NCBI GenBank assembly: GCA_964399055.1
Contig: CAYNPJ010000004.1
Span: 11,158-75,157, forward strand
Source of the DNA: an uncultured Ignavibacteria bacterium
GTDB lineage: Bacteria > Zixibacteria > MSB-5A5 > DSPP01 > RBG-1
Direction of reading: 5' to 3'
DNA length: 64,000 nucleotides
The position numbers and the translations under genes are program-made. Positions 47,064 to 58,414 of this stretch are shown here, one piece after another. Every line of letters starts with the position of its first letter. Position 1 is the stretch's first letter. The notes under the pieces were generated by a model. It saw nothing but the letters and a program-made list of their open reading frames with translations, searched no databases and was not told the DNA's origin.

Positions 47064-47732
47064 TCAAATCTCCATCTCCTTCACATCCGGCGCCACCACA
47101 AAGTCTGCTTCTGTGGCTTTCTTTACATCATCAACCGTGACTCCAGGAGCGGTTTCTTTTAGCACTAATTTCCCCAGATTGTAATCCACGTCCATCACTG
47201 CCAGCTCACTAATAATACGATGAACCACTTTTTTACCCGTAAGAGGAAGGGTGCACTTTTTCAGAATCTTCGATTTCCCCTCTTTGGTAACATGCTGCAT
47301 CATCACCACCACTCTCTTGGCACCGGCCACCAGATCCATGGCTCCCCCCATCCCTTTGACCATCTTGCCCGGAATCATCCAGTTGGCCAAATTTCCTTCC
47401 TGGTCTACCTCCATGGCCCCTAAAATGGTCAAGTCAACATGACCCCCTCGAATCATGGCAAAAGAGTCAGCTGAAGAGAAAAAAGAAGCGCCGGGAAGAG
47501 TAGTGACAGTCTGCTTGCCGGCATTGATTAAATCCGGGTCCTCTTCTCCTTCATAAGGGAAGGGTCCCATCCCCAAAATACCATTTTCGGATTGAAAGAT
47601 AATCTCCATGCCGGGCGGGATGTGATTGGAGACTAAGGTGGGCATGCCGATGCCTAAATTGACGTAATAGCCGTCTTTTAGCTCTTTAGCCGTTCTTAGG
47701 ACGAGTAGTTCTTTGCTCGATACGCTTTTCAT
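47064..47732 (-). CDS. 3-oxoacid/acetate CoA-transferase subunit B
   Basis: [31 protein letters not shown]...; start set at ATG 47732, which overlaps the end of the A subunit by 47 nt. Confidence 0.85.
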   Translation of the reverse strand: MKSVSSKELLVLRTAKELKDGYYVNLGIGMPTLVSNHIPPGMEIIFQSENGILGMGPFPYEGEEDPDLINAGKQTVTTLPGASFFSSADSFAMIRGGHVDLTILGAMEVDQEGNLANWMIPGKMVKGMGGAMDLVAGAKRVVVMMQHVTKEGKSKILKKCTLPLTGKKVVHRIISELAVMDVDYNLGKLVLKETAPGVTVDDVKKATEADFVVAPDVKEMEI

Positions 47733-48399
47733 AGTTTTTTCCCTGAAAGATGTACTTGACATAGATACCCGGCGTATGAATTCCCTCCGGGTCCAACTCA
47801 CCCGGCTCCACCAGATGCTCCACCTCCGCAATCGTAATCTTCGCCGCCGTGGCCATCATCGGATTAAAATTCCGGGCACTCATCCGGTAGACTAAATTCC
47901 CTAATTTGTCTCCTTTATAAGCTTTCACGAAAGCGAATTCCGCCTTCAAAGGCTTCTCCAAGATATATTCCTTGCCTTCAATTACGCGCGCTTCTTTCCC
48001 TTCTGCAATCACAGTACCGGCTCCGGTAGGAGTGAAAAATCCGGCAATCCCCGCACCTCCGGCTCTGATTCTCTCCGAAAAAGTCCCCTGCGGCACGAAT
48101 TCTAATTCTAAGATGCCGTCCAGAAATTGCCGCTCGAAAATGGCATTCTCCCCCACGTAGGTGGAGACCATCTTCCTAACCTGCCTGGTCTGTAGAAGTA
48201 ATCCCAAGCCAAAGTCATCCACTCCGGCGTTGTTGGATATCACCGTCAGATTCTTATAACCCAAATCCCGCAGAGCTAAAATCAGATTCTCCGGAATCCC
48301 GCACAGGCCGAACCCCCCCATCATAAGGGTGGCGCCATCTTTTATCCCGGCTTTCAGTATGGCTTCTTTAGCGTCAGAGACTACCTTTTTTATGGGCAC
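47686..48399 (-). CDS. 3-oxoacid/acetate CoA-transferase subunit A
   Basis: [15 protein letters not shown]...; GTG start preceded by GGAGG. Confidence 0.88.
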   Translation of the reverse strand: MPIKKVVSDAKEAILKAGIKDGATLMMGGFGLCGIPENLILALRDLGYKNLTVISNNAGVDDFGLGLLLQTRQVRKMVSTYVGENAIFERQFLDGILELEFVPQGTFSERIRAGGAGIAGFFTPTGAGTVIAEGKEARVIEGKEYILEKPLKAEFAFVKAYKGDKLGNLVYRMSARNFNPMMATAAKITIAEVEHLVEPGELDPEGIHTPGIYVKYIFQGKNYEKRIEQRTTRPKNG

Positions 48400-48419
48400 G
48401 TTTCCTCCATCGAAAGTCC

Positions 48420-48448
48420 AATATAATAGCTTCTCCAGCTGAGTTCAA
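48420..48448 (-). promoter_or_regulatory. sigma-70-like promoter TTGAAC-N17-TATATT upstream of CoA-transferase A
   Basis: Reverse complement of 48420-48448; a perfect 6-bp IR GTGCCG-N12-CGGCAC lies just upstream at about 48451-48474. Confidence 0.4.
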
Positions 48449-48466
48449 CCCTGAGTGCCGATTCTG

Positions 48467-49012
48467 TTAAGCCGGCACAAAATAGACATCCGTAGGTTTG
48501 AATTTAGAGAGCCTCTTGAACTTCGCCTTCACCTTCATGCCTATTTTAATGTCCTTTTCTTCTGCTCCTATCAGCCGGGACAGAAACAAAGTATTAACCC
48601 CGTCAAATTCCACTAGGATTAAGTTAAAAGGGCACTCCGGCAAAAACTCCTCTGAGCCGAAGTAACAGGTGGTCCAGGTATGAACCCTGCCGGTTTGAGG
48701 CAATTCGAACCACTTGGTTTTGCTCCCGCAATACATGCAGTGCCCCTTGGGAGTGGCATAGCGATATTTGCACTTGGGGCATTCGGTGCCTAATAGCTTT
48801 TTGTTGGTCAAACCGGCAAAGAAGGGGGAGTCCTGCCCGTAGCTGTGGATGTAGTCGATTTGATAGGGGGATTTGATAATAATGGGCGCCAGCTTGTCTA
48901 AGTCTCTCAAATCCATGGGCAAAGGGACATTGTAAACTACTGTGCCGTCTAAAACTTCTTCCATTTTCACGTTTTCGAATTCTTTGGCTTTTTTGCTGGT
49001 TTTCTTAGGCAT
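48467..49012 (-). CDS. DUF35 Zn-ribbon/OB-fold protein (thiolase partner)
   Basis: CPKCKYRYATPKGHCMYCGS zinc ribbon plus OB fold; typically partnered with SCP-x-type thiolases. Confidence 0.8.
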   Translation of the reverse strand: MPKKTSKKAKEFENVKMEEVLDGTVVYNVPLPMDLRDLDKLAPIIIKSPYQIDYIHSYGQDSPFFAGLTNKKLLGTECPKCKYRYATPKGHCMYCGSKTKWFELPQTGRVHTWTTCYFGSEEFLPECPFNLILVEFDGVNTLFLSRLIGAEEKDIKIGMKVKAKFKRLSKFKPTDVYFVPA

Positions 49013-49020
49013 TTTTCCTC

Positions 49021-50313
49021 CTATACTCTTTCCATTATGCTGACCGTGACATAAGTGCCGGTTCCGGCGTGGGAGTGAATCAAGCCTCTTTTGGCGTTCT
49101 TAATCTGCAGTTTGGTGTTTCCGAAGTGTTTGCCGATGGTGCTTTGCAGCTGCCAGAAGGCAAAAACTGCCTGCATCAGACCTGTGGCCCCGACTGGATG
49201 TCCACAGGCAATCAGGCCGCCTGAAGGGTTGACCGGACACTGACCCCCGACTTCCACTTTGCCGGACTCGGCTAAGGGACCGCCTTCCCCGTATTTGCAC
49301 AGGCCTAAGTCTTCGTAAGTCTGAATTTCAGAAGAGGTATAGGCGTCATGGAGTTCAATGAAGTCTATTTCTTCGATTGGTTCAGTAACACCTGCCATCT
49401 CGTAAGCCATCTTGCCTGCGGTTCTTCCGGCCCGGAAGGAATGCACTCCCGGATATTTTAGTTTCTTGTAATCCGAGGGCTTCTCCCTGGGGATGAGTAT
49501 TACCTCGCCGTGCGGCCGGTCAGCCATGCGCATGGCATCAGTTCCTCTCCCTATGCCGGTTATCTTCACTGGCTTAATTGACTGACGGGTGGCTTTCTGC
49601 AATTTCTTCAGTCCTTCTTCTGAAGCCAAAATACAGACCGCTGCCCCATCAGACATGACGCAAATATCTAAACGGGTCAAGGGATAAGCCACCATTGGAG
49701 AATTGCGCACATCCTCCACGGTCAAATCCGGGATTCTCTTTTGAGCATAGGGATTCCAGAAGGCATTCTTATGATTCTTGATGGAGACTTTGGCCATCTG
49801 TTCTACGGTGGTGCCGAACTCGTACATGTGCCTGACCACCATCATGGCATAGTAGCCGGAGTAGAAACCGCCTACCGGGTAGTCGAAGCTGACGTCTGAG
49901 GCTAAGGCGATGAATTCATTCCCCTTCCAGGTCTGGACATGGGACATGGTCTCAAAGCCGTAAGCCACACAGACATCCATGTGTCCTGAAGCCACGCTCT
50001 TCCAGGCTTCCTGAAAACAGAGTCCGCCAGTTGCTCCTCCCCCTTCTACCCGGTGAGAGGGCTTGGGGCAGAGGCCCAGATAGTCCTGCACCATGATGCC
50101 TGACATCAATTGTCGTTGAAAATGGTCTGAGAAATAGGAAGCCACCGACCCATCCACCAGCTCGGTAAACCTTTTCTGGGAAAGACCTAAGTCCTGCAGG
50201 GCATAATCGTAAGCCTCCTTGACCATTGGTTGAAATGTTATGTCCGGACGGGCTTTGGCAAATTTCGACACCCCGCCGGAGACCATGTAAACTGGACGCT
50301 GTGGTTTTTGCAT
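49021..50313 (-). CDS. SCP-x-type thiolase-like protein (lipid-transfer-protein-family acyltransferase)
   Basis: Thiolase fold without a classic N-terminal Cys-loop; adjacent DUF35 partner. Confidence 0.8.
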   Translation of the reverse strand: MQKPQRPVYMVSGGVSKFAKARPDITFQPMVKEAYDYALQDLGLSQKRFTELVDGSVASYFSDHFQRQLMSGIMVQDYLGLCPKPSHRVEGGGATGGLCFQEAWKSVASGHMDVCVAYGFETMSHVQTWKGNEFIALASDVSFDYPVGGFYSGYYAMMVVRHMYEFGTTVEQMAKVSIKNHKNAFWNPYAQKRIPDLTVEDVRNSPMVAYPLTRLDICVMSDGAAVCILASEEGLKKLQKATRQSIKPVKITGIGRGTDAMRMADRPHGEVILIPREKPSDYKKLKYPGVHSFRAGRTAGKMAYEMAGVTEPIEEIDFIELHDAYTSSEIQTYEDLGLCKYGEGGPLAESGKVEVGGQCPVNPSGGLIACGHPVGATGLMQAVFAFWQLQSTIGKHFGNTKLQIKNAKRGLIHSHAGTGTYVTVSIMERV

Positions 50314-50372
50314 CTATGCCTCCCGGCTCTTTACAGTATAATATAGTGACATATGCTACTCCCTTCCTGTTT

Positions 50373-50765
50373 TTAGCTTTCTTTCAATTCAATCAGTACT
50401 CCACCGGTGCTGCGCGGGTGCAGGAAGACAATTCTCTTGCCTGAGCCGCCGACAGTCGGGCTACCTATGATTTCAACTTCTTTTTTCTTTAAGTAATCCA
50501 ATGTCCGGTCAAGGTTTTCCACCTCAAGGCAAATATGATGTAGTCCCTCCCCCCTCTTCTCCAAGAATTTTGCAATCGGGCTTTCTGGCGAAGCAGGAGA
50601 AGTCAGTTCGATCTTAGCTCCTTCAGTCTCCCCGAAGCGTAAATAAACCTTCTGGGAATCCACCAGTCTGCCAGGAGTGAATTTGATGCCGAACAACTTC
50701 TTGTACAGCTCTGCAAATTTATCTATATCTTTGACCGCAATGCTGACGTGATTCAATTTAGGCAT
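50373..50765 (-). CDS. methylmalonyl-CoA epimerase (VOC/glyoxalase fold)
   Basis: MPKLNHVSIAVKDIDKFAELY...HHICLEVENLD. Confidence 0.85.
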   Translation of the reverse strand: MPKLNHVSIAVKDIDKFAELYKKLFGIKFTPGRLVDSQKVYLRFGETEGAKIELTSPASPESPIAKFLEKRGEGLHHICLEVENLDRTLDYLKKKEVEIIGSPTVGGSGKRIVFLHPRSTGGVLIELKES

Positions 50766-50774
50766 TTTTTAATA

Positions 50775-52355
50775 TCATTTCTCCTTATATTCTCCCCAGA
50801 CCCCGCGCAGAACCTCGCAAATTTCCCCGATGGTACAGTAACTGCGCGCACATTCCAAGATGACCGGCATCAGATTCTCCGTCCCCTCTGCGGCTGATTT
50901 TAGAGATTTGAGACTCTTTTCGACCTTATTATGGTCTCTATTTGTTCTCAATATATTCAATCTTTCAATCTGCTCGGCAGTGATTTTCTGGTTAACCCTG
51001 TGAATGGGCGGTTCCTGAATTTCTTCAGTGATAAATTGATTTACTCCAACTACGATTTCCTCGCCGGACTCAACTTTCTTTTGATATTCATAGGCCGACC
51101 TGGCAATCTCGCTTTGATAGAATCCTGTTTCGATTGCACGCAAGGCTCCCCCCATAGTCTCTATTTTTTCGATGTATTCCCAGGCCTTTTTTTCTAATTC
51201 ATTAGTAAGGTGTTCTATGTAATAGGAACCAGCCAAGGGGTCTACGGTATTCGTAACTTTGCTTTCGTATGCTATTATCTGCTGAGTCCGCAGAGCTAAC
51301 TGAACCGCCTGTTCCGTAGGCAATGCCAGGGCTTCGTCTTTGGAATTGGTGTGCAGGGATTGAGTTCCGCCCAGAACTGCGGAGAGCGCCTGCAAAGTTA
51401 CCCTGACCACATTGTTATCAATCTGTTGAGCAGTTAAACTGCTGCCTGAAGTTTGGGTATGGAAGCGCAGCTTGAGCGAATCTTCTATATTGGCATTGAA
51501 TCTCTCTTTCATGATTTTCGCCCACATCCTCCGCGCAGCCCGGAATTTGGCTATTTCCTCCAAGAAATCAGAGCCGGAGATGAAGAAGAAAGATAAACGC
51601 CCGGCGAAATCATCCACATTCAGTCCGGCTTCAACAGCATTCTGGACATAGCAGATGGCATTGGAAAAAGTAAAAGCCAACTCCTGCACCGCCGTGGCTC
51701 CGGCTTCCCGCATATGATAGCCGGAAATCGATATCGGATTCCAGCGCGGAACTTTCTGACTGCAGAATTTGAAAACGTCCGCAATCAGGCGCAGAGAAGG
51801 CCCGGGCGGAAATATGTAAGTCTTGCGGGAGATATATTCTTTCAGGATGTCATTCTGAATCGTTCCCGAGAGCCGGTCAAAGGCAATGCCTCTCTTTTCT
51901 GCCAGGGCCAGGTAAAAGGCCAAAAGGATTGGAGCCGTGGCATTGATGGTCATGGAAACGCTCACCTTTTCCTGCGGTATACCGTCGAAGAGAATTTCCA
52001 TGTCTTCCAAACTGCAAATCGCCACTCCGGTGCGTCCCACCTCACCTCCTGCCATCTTATGGTCAGAGTCATAGCCCATCTGGGTGGGCAAGTCGAAAGC
52101 CACTGAAAGACCGGTCTGGCCGTGGGAGAGCAGATATTTGAATCTCTGATTGGTCTCTTTGGCGGTGCCGAAACCGGAGTACTGCCGCATGGTCCAGAGC
52201 TTGCCCCGGTAAAGGTCTTTATGAATGCCGCGGGTAAAAGGGTAGCTGCCCGGGTCGGCTAAGTTCTGCTGATAATCTATCCGGACCTTGTCGTGACTGT
52301 AGAATTCTTCACTGGGTATCCCTGAGGCGGTCTGGAAGTTTTTTGTACTCTTCAA
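50775..52355 (-). CDS. methylmalonyl-CoA mutase-family large subunit (catalytic TIM-barrel part, no fused B12 domain)
   Basis: Mutase N-terminal substrate-binding barrel motifs ([24 protein letters not shown]...); 526 aa. Confidence 0.88.
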   Translation of the reverse strand: MKSTKNFQTASGIPSEEFYSHDKVRIDYQQNLADPGSYPFTRGIHKDLYRGKLWTMRQYSGFGTAKETNQRFKYLLSHGQTGLSVAFDLPTQMGYDSDHKMAGGEVGRTGVAICSLEDMEILFDGIPQEKVSVSMTINATAPILLAFYLALAEKRGIAFDRLSGTIQNDILKEYISRKTYIFPPGPSLRLIADVFKFCSQKVPRWNPISISGYHMREAGATAVQELAFTFSNAICYVQNAVEAGLNVDDFAGRLSFFFISGSDFLEEIAKFRAARRMWAKIMKERFNANIEDSLKLRFHTQTSGSSLTAQQIDNNVVRVTLQALSAVLGGTQSLHTNSKDEALALPTEQAVQLALRTQQIIAYESKVTNTVDPLAGSYYIEHLTNELEKKAWEYIEKIETMGGALRAIETGFYQSEIARSAYEYQKKVESGEEIVVGVNQFITEEIQEPPIHRVNQKITAEQIERLNILRTNRDHNKVEKSLKSLKSAAEGTENLMPVILECARSYCTIGEICEVLRGVWGEYKEK

Positions 52356-52363
52356 TCCTTCAC

Positions 52364-52861
52364 CTAATCAAAGATTATCAATGGCTGGTCCTTTTCCACG
52401 GTTTGTTTTTCTCTGACCAGAATCTTTTTTATCTTTCCCGGAAAAGACGATTTGATTTCGTTCTCCATCTTCATGGCCTCTAAAATCAGGATTCCCTGAC
52501 CCGCCTTCACTTCCTCTTCTTCCTGAACTTCGACTTTGACCACCACTCCCGGCAACGGGGACTTTAATTCTCTGACCAGCGTTCTTGTAACCGGAGAGGA
52601 TTTTTCAATCTCGGCCAGTCTCTTATCTTCCACCTGTGCTTCGAATTTTTCTCCATTCCAAACCAGCCGCTGCGTTGAATTAACTTGTTCTGATTCCAAT
52701 TCAATCACCCGGTTGCCTAACAGAATCGAGTAGTGCGGAGAGGCAGACTCCAATATTCGGGCAGGATATTCCTTTCCGTTCAGCCTCACCGTGAGACGGT
52801 TTGCTTTTTCAAGAATCTCAATTTCCAATTCCCTTTCTGCAATCCTGACCAGATACTTCAT
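52364..52861 (-). CDS. biotin carboxyl carrier protein (biotinyl domain)
   Basis: C-terminal EAMKMENEI biotinylation motif. Confidence 0.85.
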   Translation of the reverse strand: MKYLVRIAERELEIEILEKANRLTVRLNGKEYPARILESASPHYSILLGNRVIELESEQVNSTQRLVWNGEKFEAQVEDKRLAEIEKSSPVTRTLVRELKSPLPGVVVKVEVQEEEEVKAGQGILILEAMKMENEIKSSFPGKIKKILVREKQTVEKDQPLIIFD

Positions 52862-54372
52862 TCCCGGTTTCTCAAGGCCGCCTGTCTGGCCTGCATCTTC
52901 CAGTTGCTCTTGTGATGGCCGTTGGCCGGAAAAATCCTGGTCCTCTTTCTGTTCTCCCAGTGCTCGATTAAAGCAGAAGAAATGGCCATTAAATTGATTT
53001 CTTCGGGACTCAACTTCTTTCTTTGCACGGCTTGACCGAACTCCTCGGCAATGAATTGAGTGGATAATTCCCCGGCTACAAAGCGTGGGTTGTCCATCAC
53101 CCGGCTGTGGAACTCCACAGTCGTATTTACTCCCGCAACTTTGTACTCAGCCAGGGCCCGTTTCATTCTTATAATGGCTTCGGTTCGGTCCTTTCCCCAG
53201 GCAATGAGTTTGGATATAAGCGGGTCATAATACAGTGATACTTCGCTCCCTTTGCTCACCCCGGAATCGACTCTTACGCCCGGCCCTCCTGGCTCGCGGT
53301 AATCGGTAATCTTTCCGCTGGAAGGGAAGAAATTGTTCTCAAAATCTTCAGCATAAATTCGACACTCGATAGCCCAGCCGGTAGATTTGATCTGCTCCTG
53401 TGTCAAAGTCAGCGCCTCTCCCTGCGCAATTAGTATCTGCCATTTGACCAGATCTAAACCGGTGACCATTTCGGTGACCGGGTGTTCTACTTGTAAGCGG
53501 GCATTGACCTCTAAGAAGTAAAAATTCTTGTCCTGGTCTAAAAGAAACTCCACTGTGCCGGCATTGACGTAGCCAACAGTTTCAGCCACTCCCACTGCGG
53601 CACGGCCCATCTTCTGGCGCAGTTTCTGGTCTAGTAGAGTTGAGGGGGACTCCTCGATTAACTTCTGATGTCTCCTCTGAATCGAACACTCCCTTTCTCC
53701 CAAATAGATGCAGTTGCCCTGCGAGTCTGCTAAGATCTGTATCTCAATATGTCTGGGTTTTGCTAAATATTTCTCAAGATAGATCCGCTCATCCCCGAAA
53801 GCCGATTTGGCTTCATGTCTGGCTCCCCGCAGAGCCGCGGACATCTCATGGCCGGAATGCACGATTCGCATCCCTTTTCCGCCACCCCCTCCGGCTGCTT
53901 TCAAAAGCACTGGATAGCCGATCTGCTCGGCTATCTCCAGAGCATCTTTTTCCGAGGCGACTGATTCTGAGCCTAGGACCACCGGGATACCGTGCTGGCG
54001 GATTAATCTGCGGGCATCTAATTTGTCGCCGCTTAATTTCATCGCCTCTGCCGGCGGCCCTATGAAGCTTATTCCCGCTCGGCTGACTTTTTCTGCAAAC
54101 TCTGAATTCTCAGCCAAGAATCCATACCCAGGATGAATCGCATCTACCTTGCATTCTCTGGCTATCTGGATAATTTTTTCTTGATTGAGATAACTTTGTG
54201 CAGCCGGAGCAGGCCCGACCAAATAGGCTTCATCTGCCAGGCGAACGTGCAGGGAACTCTGGTCTGCTTCTGAAAAAATCACTACTGGAGAAATATCTAA
54301 CTCCCGGCAGGCTCTGATTATTCGAACTGCAATCTCCCCCCGGTTGGCGATTATAATCTTTTTGAATTTCAT
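52858..54372 (-). CDS. biotin carboxylase subunit of acyl-CoA (propionyl/acetyl-CoA) carboxylase
   Basis: [22 protein letters not shown]...; ATP-grasp and BC C-terminal domains. Confidence 0.92.
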   Translation of the reverse strand: MKFKKIIIANRGEIAVRIIRACRELDISPVVIFSEADQSSLHVRLADEAYLVGPAPAAQSYLNQEKIIQIARECKVDAIHPGYGFLAENSEFAEKVSRAGISFIGPPAEAMKLSGDKLDARRLIRQHGIPVVLGSESVASEKDALEIAEQIGYPVLLKAAGGGGGKGMRIVHSGHEMSAALRGARHEAKSAFGDERIYLEKYLAKPRHIEIQILADSQGNCIYLGERECSIQRRHQKLIEESPSTLLDQKLRQKMGRAAVGVAETVGYVNAGTVEFLLDQDKNFYFLEVNARLQVEHPVTEMVTGLDLVKWQILIAQGEALTLTQEQIKSTGWAIECRIYAEDFENNFFPSSGKITDYREPGGPGVRVDSGVSKGSEVSLYYDPLISKLIAWGKDRTEAIIRMKRALAEYKVAGVNTTVEFHSRVMDNPRFVAGELSTQFIAEEFGQAVQRKKLSPEEINLMAISSALIEHWENRKRTRIFPANGHHKSNWKMQARQAALRNRE

Positions 54373-55922
54373 CACAGAGGAATATTGCCGTGCTTTTTAG
54401 GCGGGTTGGTATCTTTCTTGGTCGACAGCATCTCCAGGGCTTTAATTAAACGCGGCCTGGTCTCTTTCGGCTCAATGATGTCGTCCACGTAACCCCGCTC
54501 GGCTGCGGTGTAAGGATTGGCAAACCTTTCCCGGTATTCCTGCTCTTTTTCAGCCAACATTTTTTCTGGGTCCTTGGCCGTCCCAATCTCTTTCTTAAAA
54601 ATAATCTCTGCCGCGCCCCGGGGGCCCATCACCGCTATCTCCGCAGTGGGCCAGGCATAATTGATGTCTCCCCGGATGTGCTTGGAGTTCATGACGTCAT
54701 AGGCGCCGCCGTAGGCTTTTCTGGTGATGACCGTGACCTTGGGTACGGTCGCCTCAGCGTAGGCGTAGAGTAACTTGGCGCCATGACGAATGATTCCGCC
54801 GAATTCCTGATTCTTGCCAGGGAGAAAGCCCGGCACGTCCTCAAAAGTTATCAAGGGGATGTTGAAGGCATCGCAAAATCTGACAAAGCGCGCTCCTTTA
54901 TCCGACGAATCAATGTCCAAAACTCCGGCCAGAACCGCCGGCTGGTTGCCGATTATTCCGACCGGCTTGCCGCTCATTCTGGCAAATCCGACCACAATAT
55001 TCTGCGCGAAATTCTCATGCACTTCCAAAAATTCTCCGTTATCCATCACTCGTTTGATAATCTCTTTGATGTCGTAGGGCTTGTTGGGATTCTCCGGAAC
55101 TAATCGGTTCAGTTCTTCATCCTGCCGGTCAACCGGGTCGTCATTTTCAATCACCGGCGGGTCATCCAAATTATTCAAGGGGATATAGCTCATCAATCTT
55201 CTTATCAGCTTAAGAGCCTCGGCCTCGTTTTCGCTGGCAAAATGCGCTACTCCGGATTTAGTCGCATGGGTAAGCGCCCCTCCCAATTCTTCGAAGGAGA
55301 CCTCTTCATGGGTGACGGTCTTCACCACGTTTGGCCCGGTAACAAACATGTAGCTGGTATTTTTGACCATGATGATAAAATCTGTGATGGCCGGCGAATA
55401 CACTGCCCCGCCAGCACAGGGACCTAAAACGACCGAAATTTGAGGAATTACTCCGGAAGCAAGTGTGTTACGCAGGAATATGTCAGCATAGCCGCCTAAG
55501 CTGACCACCCCCTCCTGAATCCTGGCCCCCCCTGAATCATTTAATCCAATCACTGGCGCTCCGATTTTCATGGCCATATCCATTATCTTGCAAATTTTTT
55601 CTGCGTGCGCTTCAGATAAAGAGCCTCCGAACACGGTGAAATCCTGGGAGAAAACGAATACTAATCGTCCATCGATAGTGCCGTAGCCAGTAACCACCCC
55701 ATCTCCTAAATACTGTTGCTTTTCCAGGCCGAACTCCCGGCTGCGGTGTACCATGAACATGTCGAATTCTTCGAAAGAGCCCTCGTCTAAGAGGATTTCC
55801 AGTCTCTCCCGGGCGGTCAGTTTCCCCTTTTTATGCTGTTCCTCGATTCTCTTTTCCCCGCCCCCTAACTTAGCCTCCTTTTTTTTCTGCCGGAGGAGTT
55901 TCAGTTTCTCTTCTATGTTCAT
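54372..55922 (-). CDS. acyl-CoA carboxylase carboxyltransferase subunit (propionyl-CoA carboxylase beta / methylmalonyl-CoA carboxyltransferase-like)
   Basis: Carboxyltransferase N and C domains (crotonase-like); 516 aa. Confidence 0.9.
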   Translation of the reverse strand: MNIEEKLKLLRQKKKEAKLGGGEKRIEEQHKKGKLTARERLEILLDEGSFEEFDMFMVHRSREFGLEKQQYLGDGVVTGYGTIDGRLVFVFSQDFTVFGGSLSEAHAEKICKIMDMAMKIGAPVIGLNDSGGARIQEGVVSLGGYADIFLRNTLASGVIPQISVVLGPCAGGAVYSPAITDFIIMVKNTSYMFVTGPNVVKTVTHEEVSFEELGGALTHATKSGVAHFASENEAEALKLIRRLMSYIPLNNLDDPPVIENDDPVDRQDEELNRLVPENPNKPYDIKEIIKRVMDNGEFLEVHENFAQNIVVGFARMSGKPVGIIGNQPAVLAGVLDIDSSDKGARFVRFCDAFNIPLITFEDVPGFLPGKNQEFGGIIRHGAKLLYAYAEATVPKVTVITRKAYGGAYDVMNSKHIRGDINYAWPTAEIAVMGPRGAAEIIFKKEIGTAKDPEKMLAEKEQEYRERFANPYTAAERGYVDDIIEPKETRPRLIKALEMLSTKKDTNPPKKHGNIPL

Positions 55923-55940
55923 TGACTCTTGAACTTTTTG

Positions 55941-56786
55941 TTATGAGGTTACGATCGGTTCCGCGTAGATGGTCCCTTCTGAGTCCTTTTTTAATTTGGC
56001 GATTTTAACATTCAAATCGTGGTCAAAGGCAACATACCATCCCTGCTCAATCGCCTCCGGGATAATTTGCTTTTTAACTTTCATGGTCTGGCGGGGATAT
56101 AAGTCTAAACCGGCAACATAATGCGGCTTGAGATGGTGGGAAGTCGGTACGATATCGCCGTAATAGATTAACTTTTCCCCGTTGGCTGAGATTTCAATTC
56201 CCTGGTGACCCTCAGTATGTCCTCCGGTCTTCACCACTTTTAATCCAGGCAGGATTTCCGCTTCCCCGTCTACCAACTCTAAAACCTTATAGTTATCTAA
56301 AACAGAGAGGTGATTCATCAGATATCCGGCTGTAGTCCTCTCGTCTAAGTTGAGTGCATCTTCCCATTCTGCCTTCTGCAGGACTATTTTAGCCTTTTTA
56401 AAGCGAGGCACTCCTCTGCCATTTTCGGCCTTAATTGTTCCGCAGGCATGGTCGGCGTGCAGATGAGAGAGTATTACTATATCTATCTCCTCCGGTTTGA
56501 CGCCCAGAGCTAATAATCCGACTTCCAGATTGGAAGGATTGTAAGCCGCATAGACCTTTCTTTCGCGGTCGGTAAATACGTCTCCTAAACCTGAATCAAT
56601 TAAAACATTTTTCCCCTGAGCCTTGACTAGGAGTAGATTTGTGTCTAAGGGAATTAAGTTCTTGTCATTAGGGGGAATCAGCTTCTCCCAGAAAATCTTA
56701 GGGACGATGCCGAACATGGCTCCCCCGTCTAAATGAAATCTCCCCTCGACTAAGGAGAAAATTTGGAAATCGCCTATTTTTAGCAT
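55941..56786 (-). CDS. MBL-fold metallo-hydrolase
   Basis: HLHADHACG metal-binding motif. Confidence 0.8.
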   Translation of the reverse strand: MLKIGDFQIFSLVEGRFHLDGGAMFGIVPKIFWEKLIPPNDKNLIPLDTNLLLVKAQGKNVLIDSGLGDVFTDRERKVYAAYNPSNLEVGLLALGVKPEEIDIVILSHLHADHACGTIKAENGRGVPRFKKAKIVLQKAEWEDALNLDERTTAGYLMNHLSVLDNYKVLELVDGEAEILPGLKVVKTGGHTEGHQGIEISANGEKLIYYGDIVPTSHHLKPHYVAGLDLYPRQTMKVKKQIIPEAIEQGWYVAFDHDLNVKIAKLKKDSEGTIYAEPIVTS

Positions 56787-57947
56787 CTATCCCCGCAGGT
56801 AATTGCCGGAGATGATTAGGCGCTGAATCTCCGAGGTGCCTTCATAGATTTCGGTCAGCCGCTGGTCCCGGTAGAGTTTCTCCACCATGCTGAACTCGCC
56901 GATGTAGCCGTAGCCGCCGTGAATCTGCATGCAGCGGTCCACGCAGAACTTGGCCGCCTCTGTAGCATATACCTTGGCCTGGGAAGCTTCCAAAGTGACC
57001 TTCTGCCCCTGGTCATAGAGCTGGGCTGCCTTATAGGTCAGGCATCTGGCCGCCTCCAATCGCAGAGACATATCCGCCACCATCCACTGAATGGCCTGGT
57101 ATTTGGCAATCGGCTGGCCGAAGGTGACTCTGGTGCGGGCATATTTGACCGCTTCATCGAAGGCGCGCTGGGCTATTCCCACGGCCTGAGCCGCTATTCC
57201 GATTCTGGCGCCGTCCAAGGTCTGCAGAGCAATTCTGAAGCCTTTGCCCTTTTCACCTAATAGATTGGAGACCGGCACCCGCACGTCCTCGAACCAGACC
57301 CGGGCTGTGGTGGCGCATTTCATCCCCATTTTGTACTCCAAAGTCTTGGCTTTTAAACCCGGGGTCCCTTTTTCCACGATGATGGCAGATATGGTGGATT
57401 TGTCGGACTTATGCGCATCTTCGGTGATTTTGCAGAAGACCACATGCACGTGGGCCACATCCCCGTGCATGATAAAGATTTTCTCGCCGTTAATTACGAA
57501 ATGCCCGTCCTCAATCCTGGCGCTGCTCTGCTGATTGCCGGCATCTGACCCGGCTGAAGGCTCGGTTAAATCGTAGGCGGCCAGATATTCGCCCGAAGCT
57601 ATTTTAGGAATGTATTTTTTCTTTTGCTCTTGGTTGCCAAATACTTCAATGGGATAACAGGCTAATGAAGAGACTGCTGCCAAAAGGCAGACCGCCGCAT
57701 CGAAATAGGCCAGTTCCTCCAGCAAAGTAGCCTCCAGAAGCTTTCTTGAACCGGCTCCTCCAAACTCCTTAGGCATGGAGAATCCCACTATTCCGTAATC
57801 TGATAGTTTCTTGTACAAATCATAGGGGAATTTCTGCGGCTCCGGCCTCCGGTCTAATTCTACGCTTAAGGGAACTATTTCTTTCTCGCAAAACTTCCTG
57901 GCCCATTCTCTGATTTCCTGCTGTCCAGGGTCAACATTGTAAGGCAT
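56787..57947 (-). CDS. acyl-CoA dehydrogenase
   Basis: ACAD signature; IYEGTSEIQRLII. Confidence 0.88.
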   Translation of the reverse strand: MPYNVDPGQQEIREWARKFCEKEIVPLSVELDRRPEPQKFPYDLYKKLSDYGIVGFSMPKEFGGAGSRKLLEATLLEELAYFDAAVCLLAAVSSLACYPIEVFGNQEQKKKYIPKIASGEYLAAYDLTEPSAGSDAGNQQSSARIEDGHFVINGEKIFIMHGDVAHVHVVFCKITEDAHKSDKSTISAIIVEKGTPGLKAKTLEYKMGMKCATTARVWFEDVRVPVSNLLGEKGKGFRIALQTLDGARIGIAAQAVGIAQRAFDEAVKYARTRVTFGQPIAKYQAIQWMVADMSLRLEAARCLTYKAAQLYDQGQKVTLEASQAKVYATEAAKFCVDRCMQIHGGYGYIGEFSMVEKLYRDQRLTEIYEGTSEIQRLIISGNYLRG

Positions 57948-57961
57948 CTATCCTCCTGGGA

Positions 57962-58381
57962 TTAAAAGATGGCTTCCTTTTTTCTTCTGCCCGGAACCGC
58001 CTGCTTGACATACTCTATTATCTCCGAAGTAGGAGTGCCCGGGCCGAACAATTTTCCGATTCCTATTTTTTCTAAAGCCTGCATGTCTTCTTTGGGTATG
58101 ATTCCTCCTCCGAAAAGTAGAATATGCTCTGCATTTTTCTCTCTTAAAAGCTGCCAGGTTTTGGGAAACAAAGTCATGTGCGCGCCGGAGAGGATGGACA
58201 GGCCGACCGCATCCGCATCCTCCTGAATGGCCGCCTCCACTACCATCTCCGGGGTCTGCCGCAGGCCTAAATAGATTACTTCTAACCCGGCATCCCGCAT
58301 GGCCGCGGCAATGACTTTTAACCCCCGGTCATGCCCGTCTAAGCCCGGCTTGGCTAACACCACTCTGATTTTCTTTTCCAT
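57962..58381 (-). CDS. methylmalonyl-CoA mutase small subunit (cobalamin-binding domain)
   Basis: [27 protein letters not shown]12-binding DxHxxG. Confidence 0.9.
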   Translation of the reverse strand: MEKKIRVVLAKPGLDGHDRGLKVIAAAMRDAGLEVIYLGLRQTPEMVVEAAIQEDADAVGLSILSGAHMTLFPKTWQLLREKNAEHILLFGGGIIPKEDMQALEKIGIGKLFGPGTPTSEIIEYVKQAVPGRRKKEAIF

Positions 58382-58414
58382 ATTTCAGCTCACTCTCTCT
58401 TCTTCTTTCCAGTT

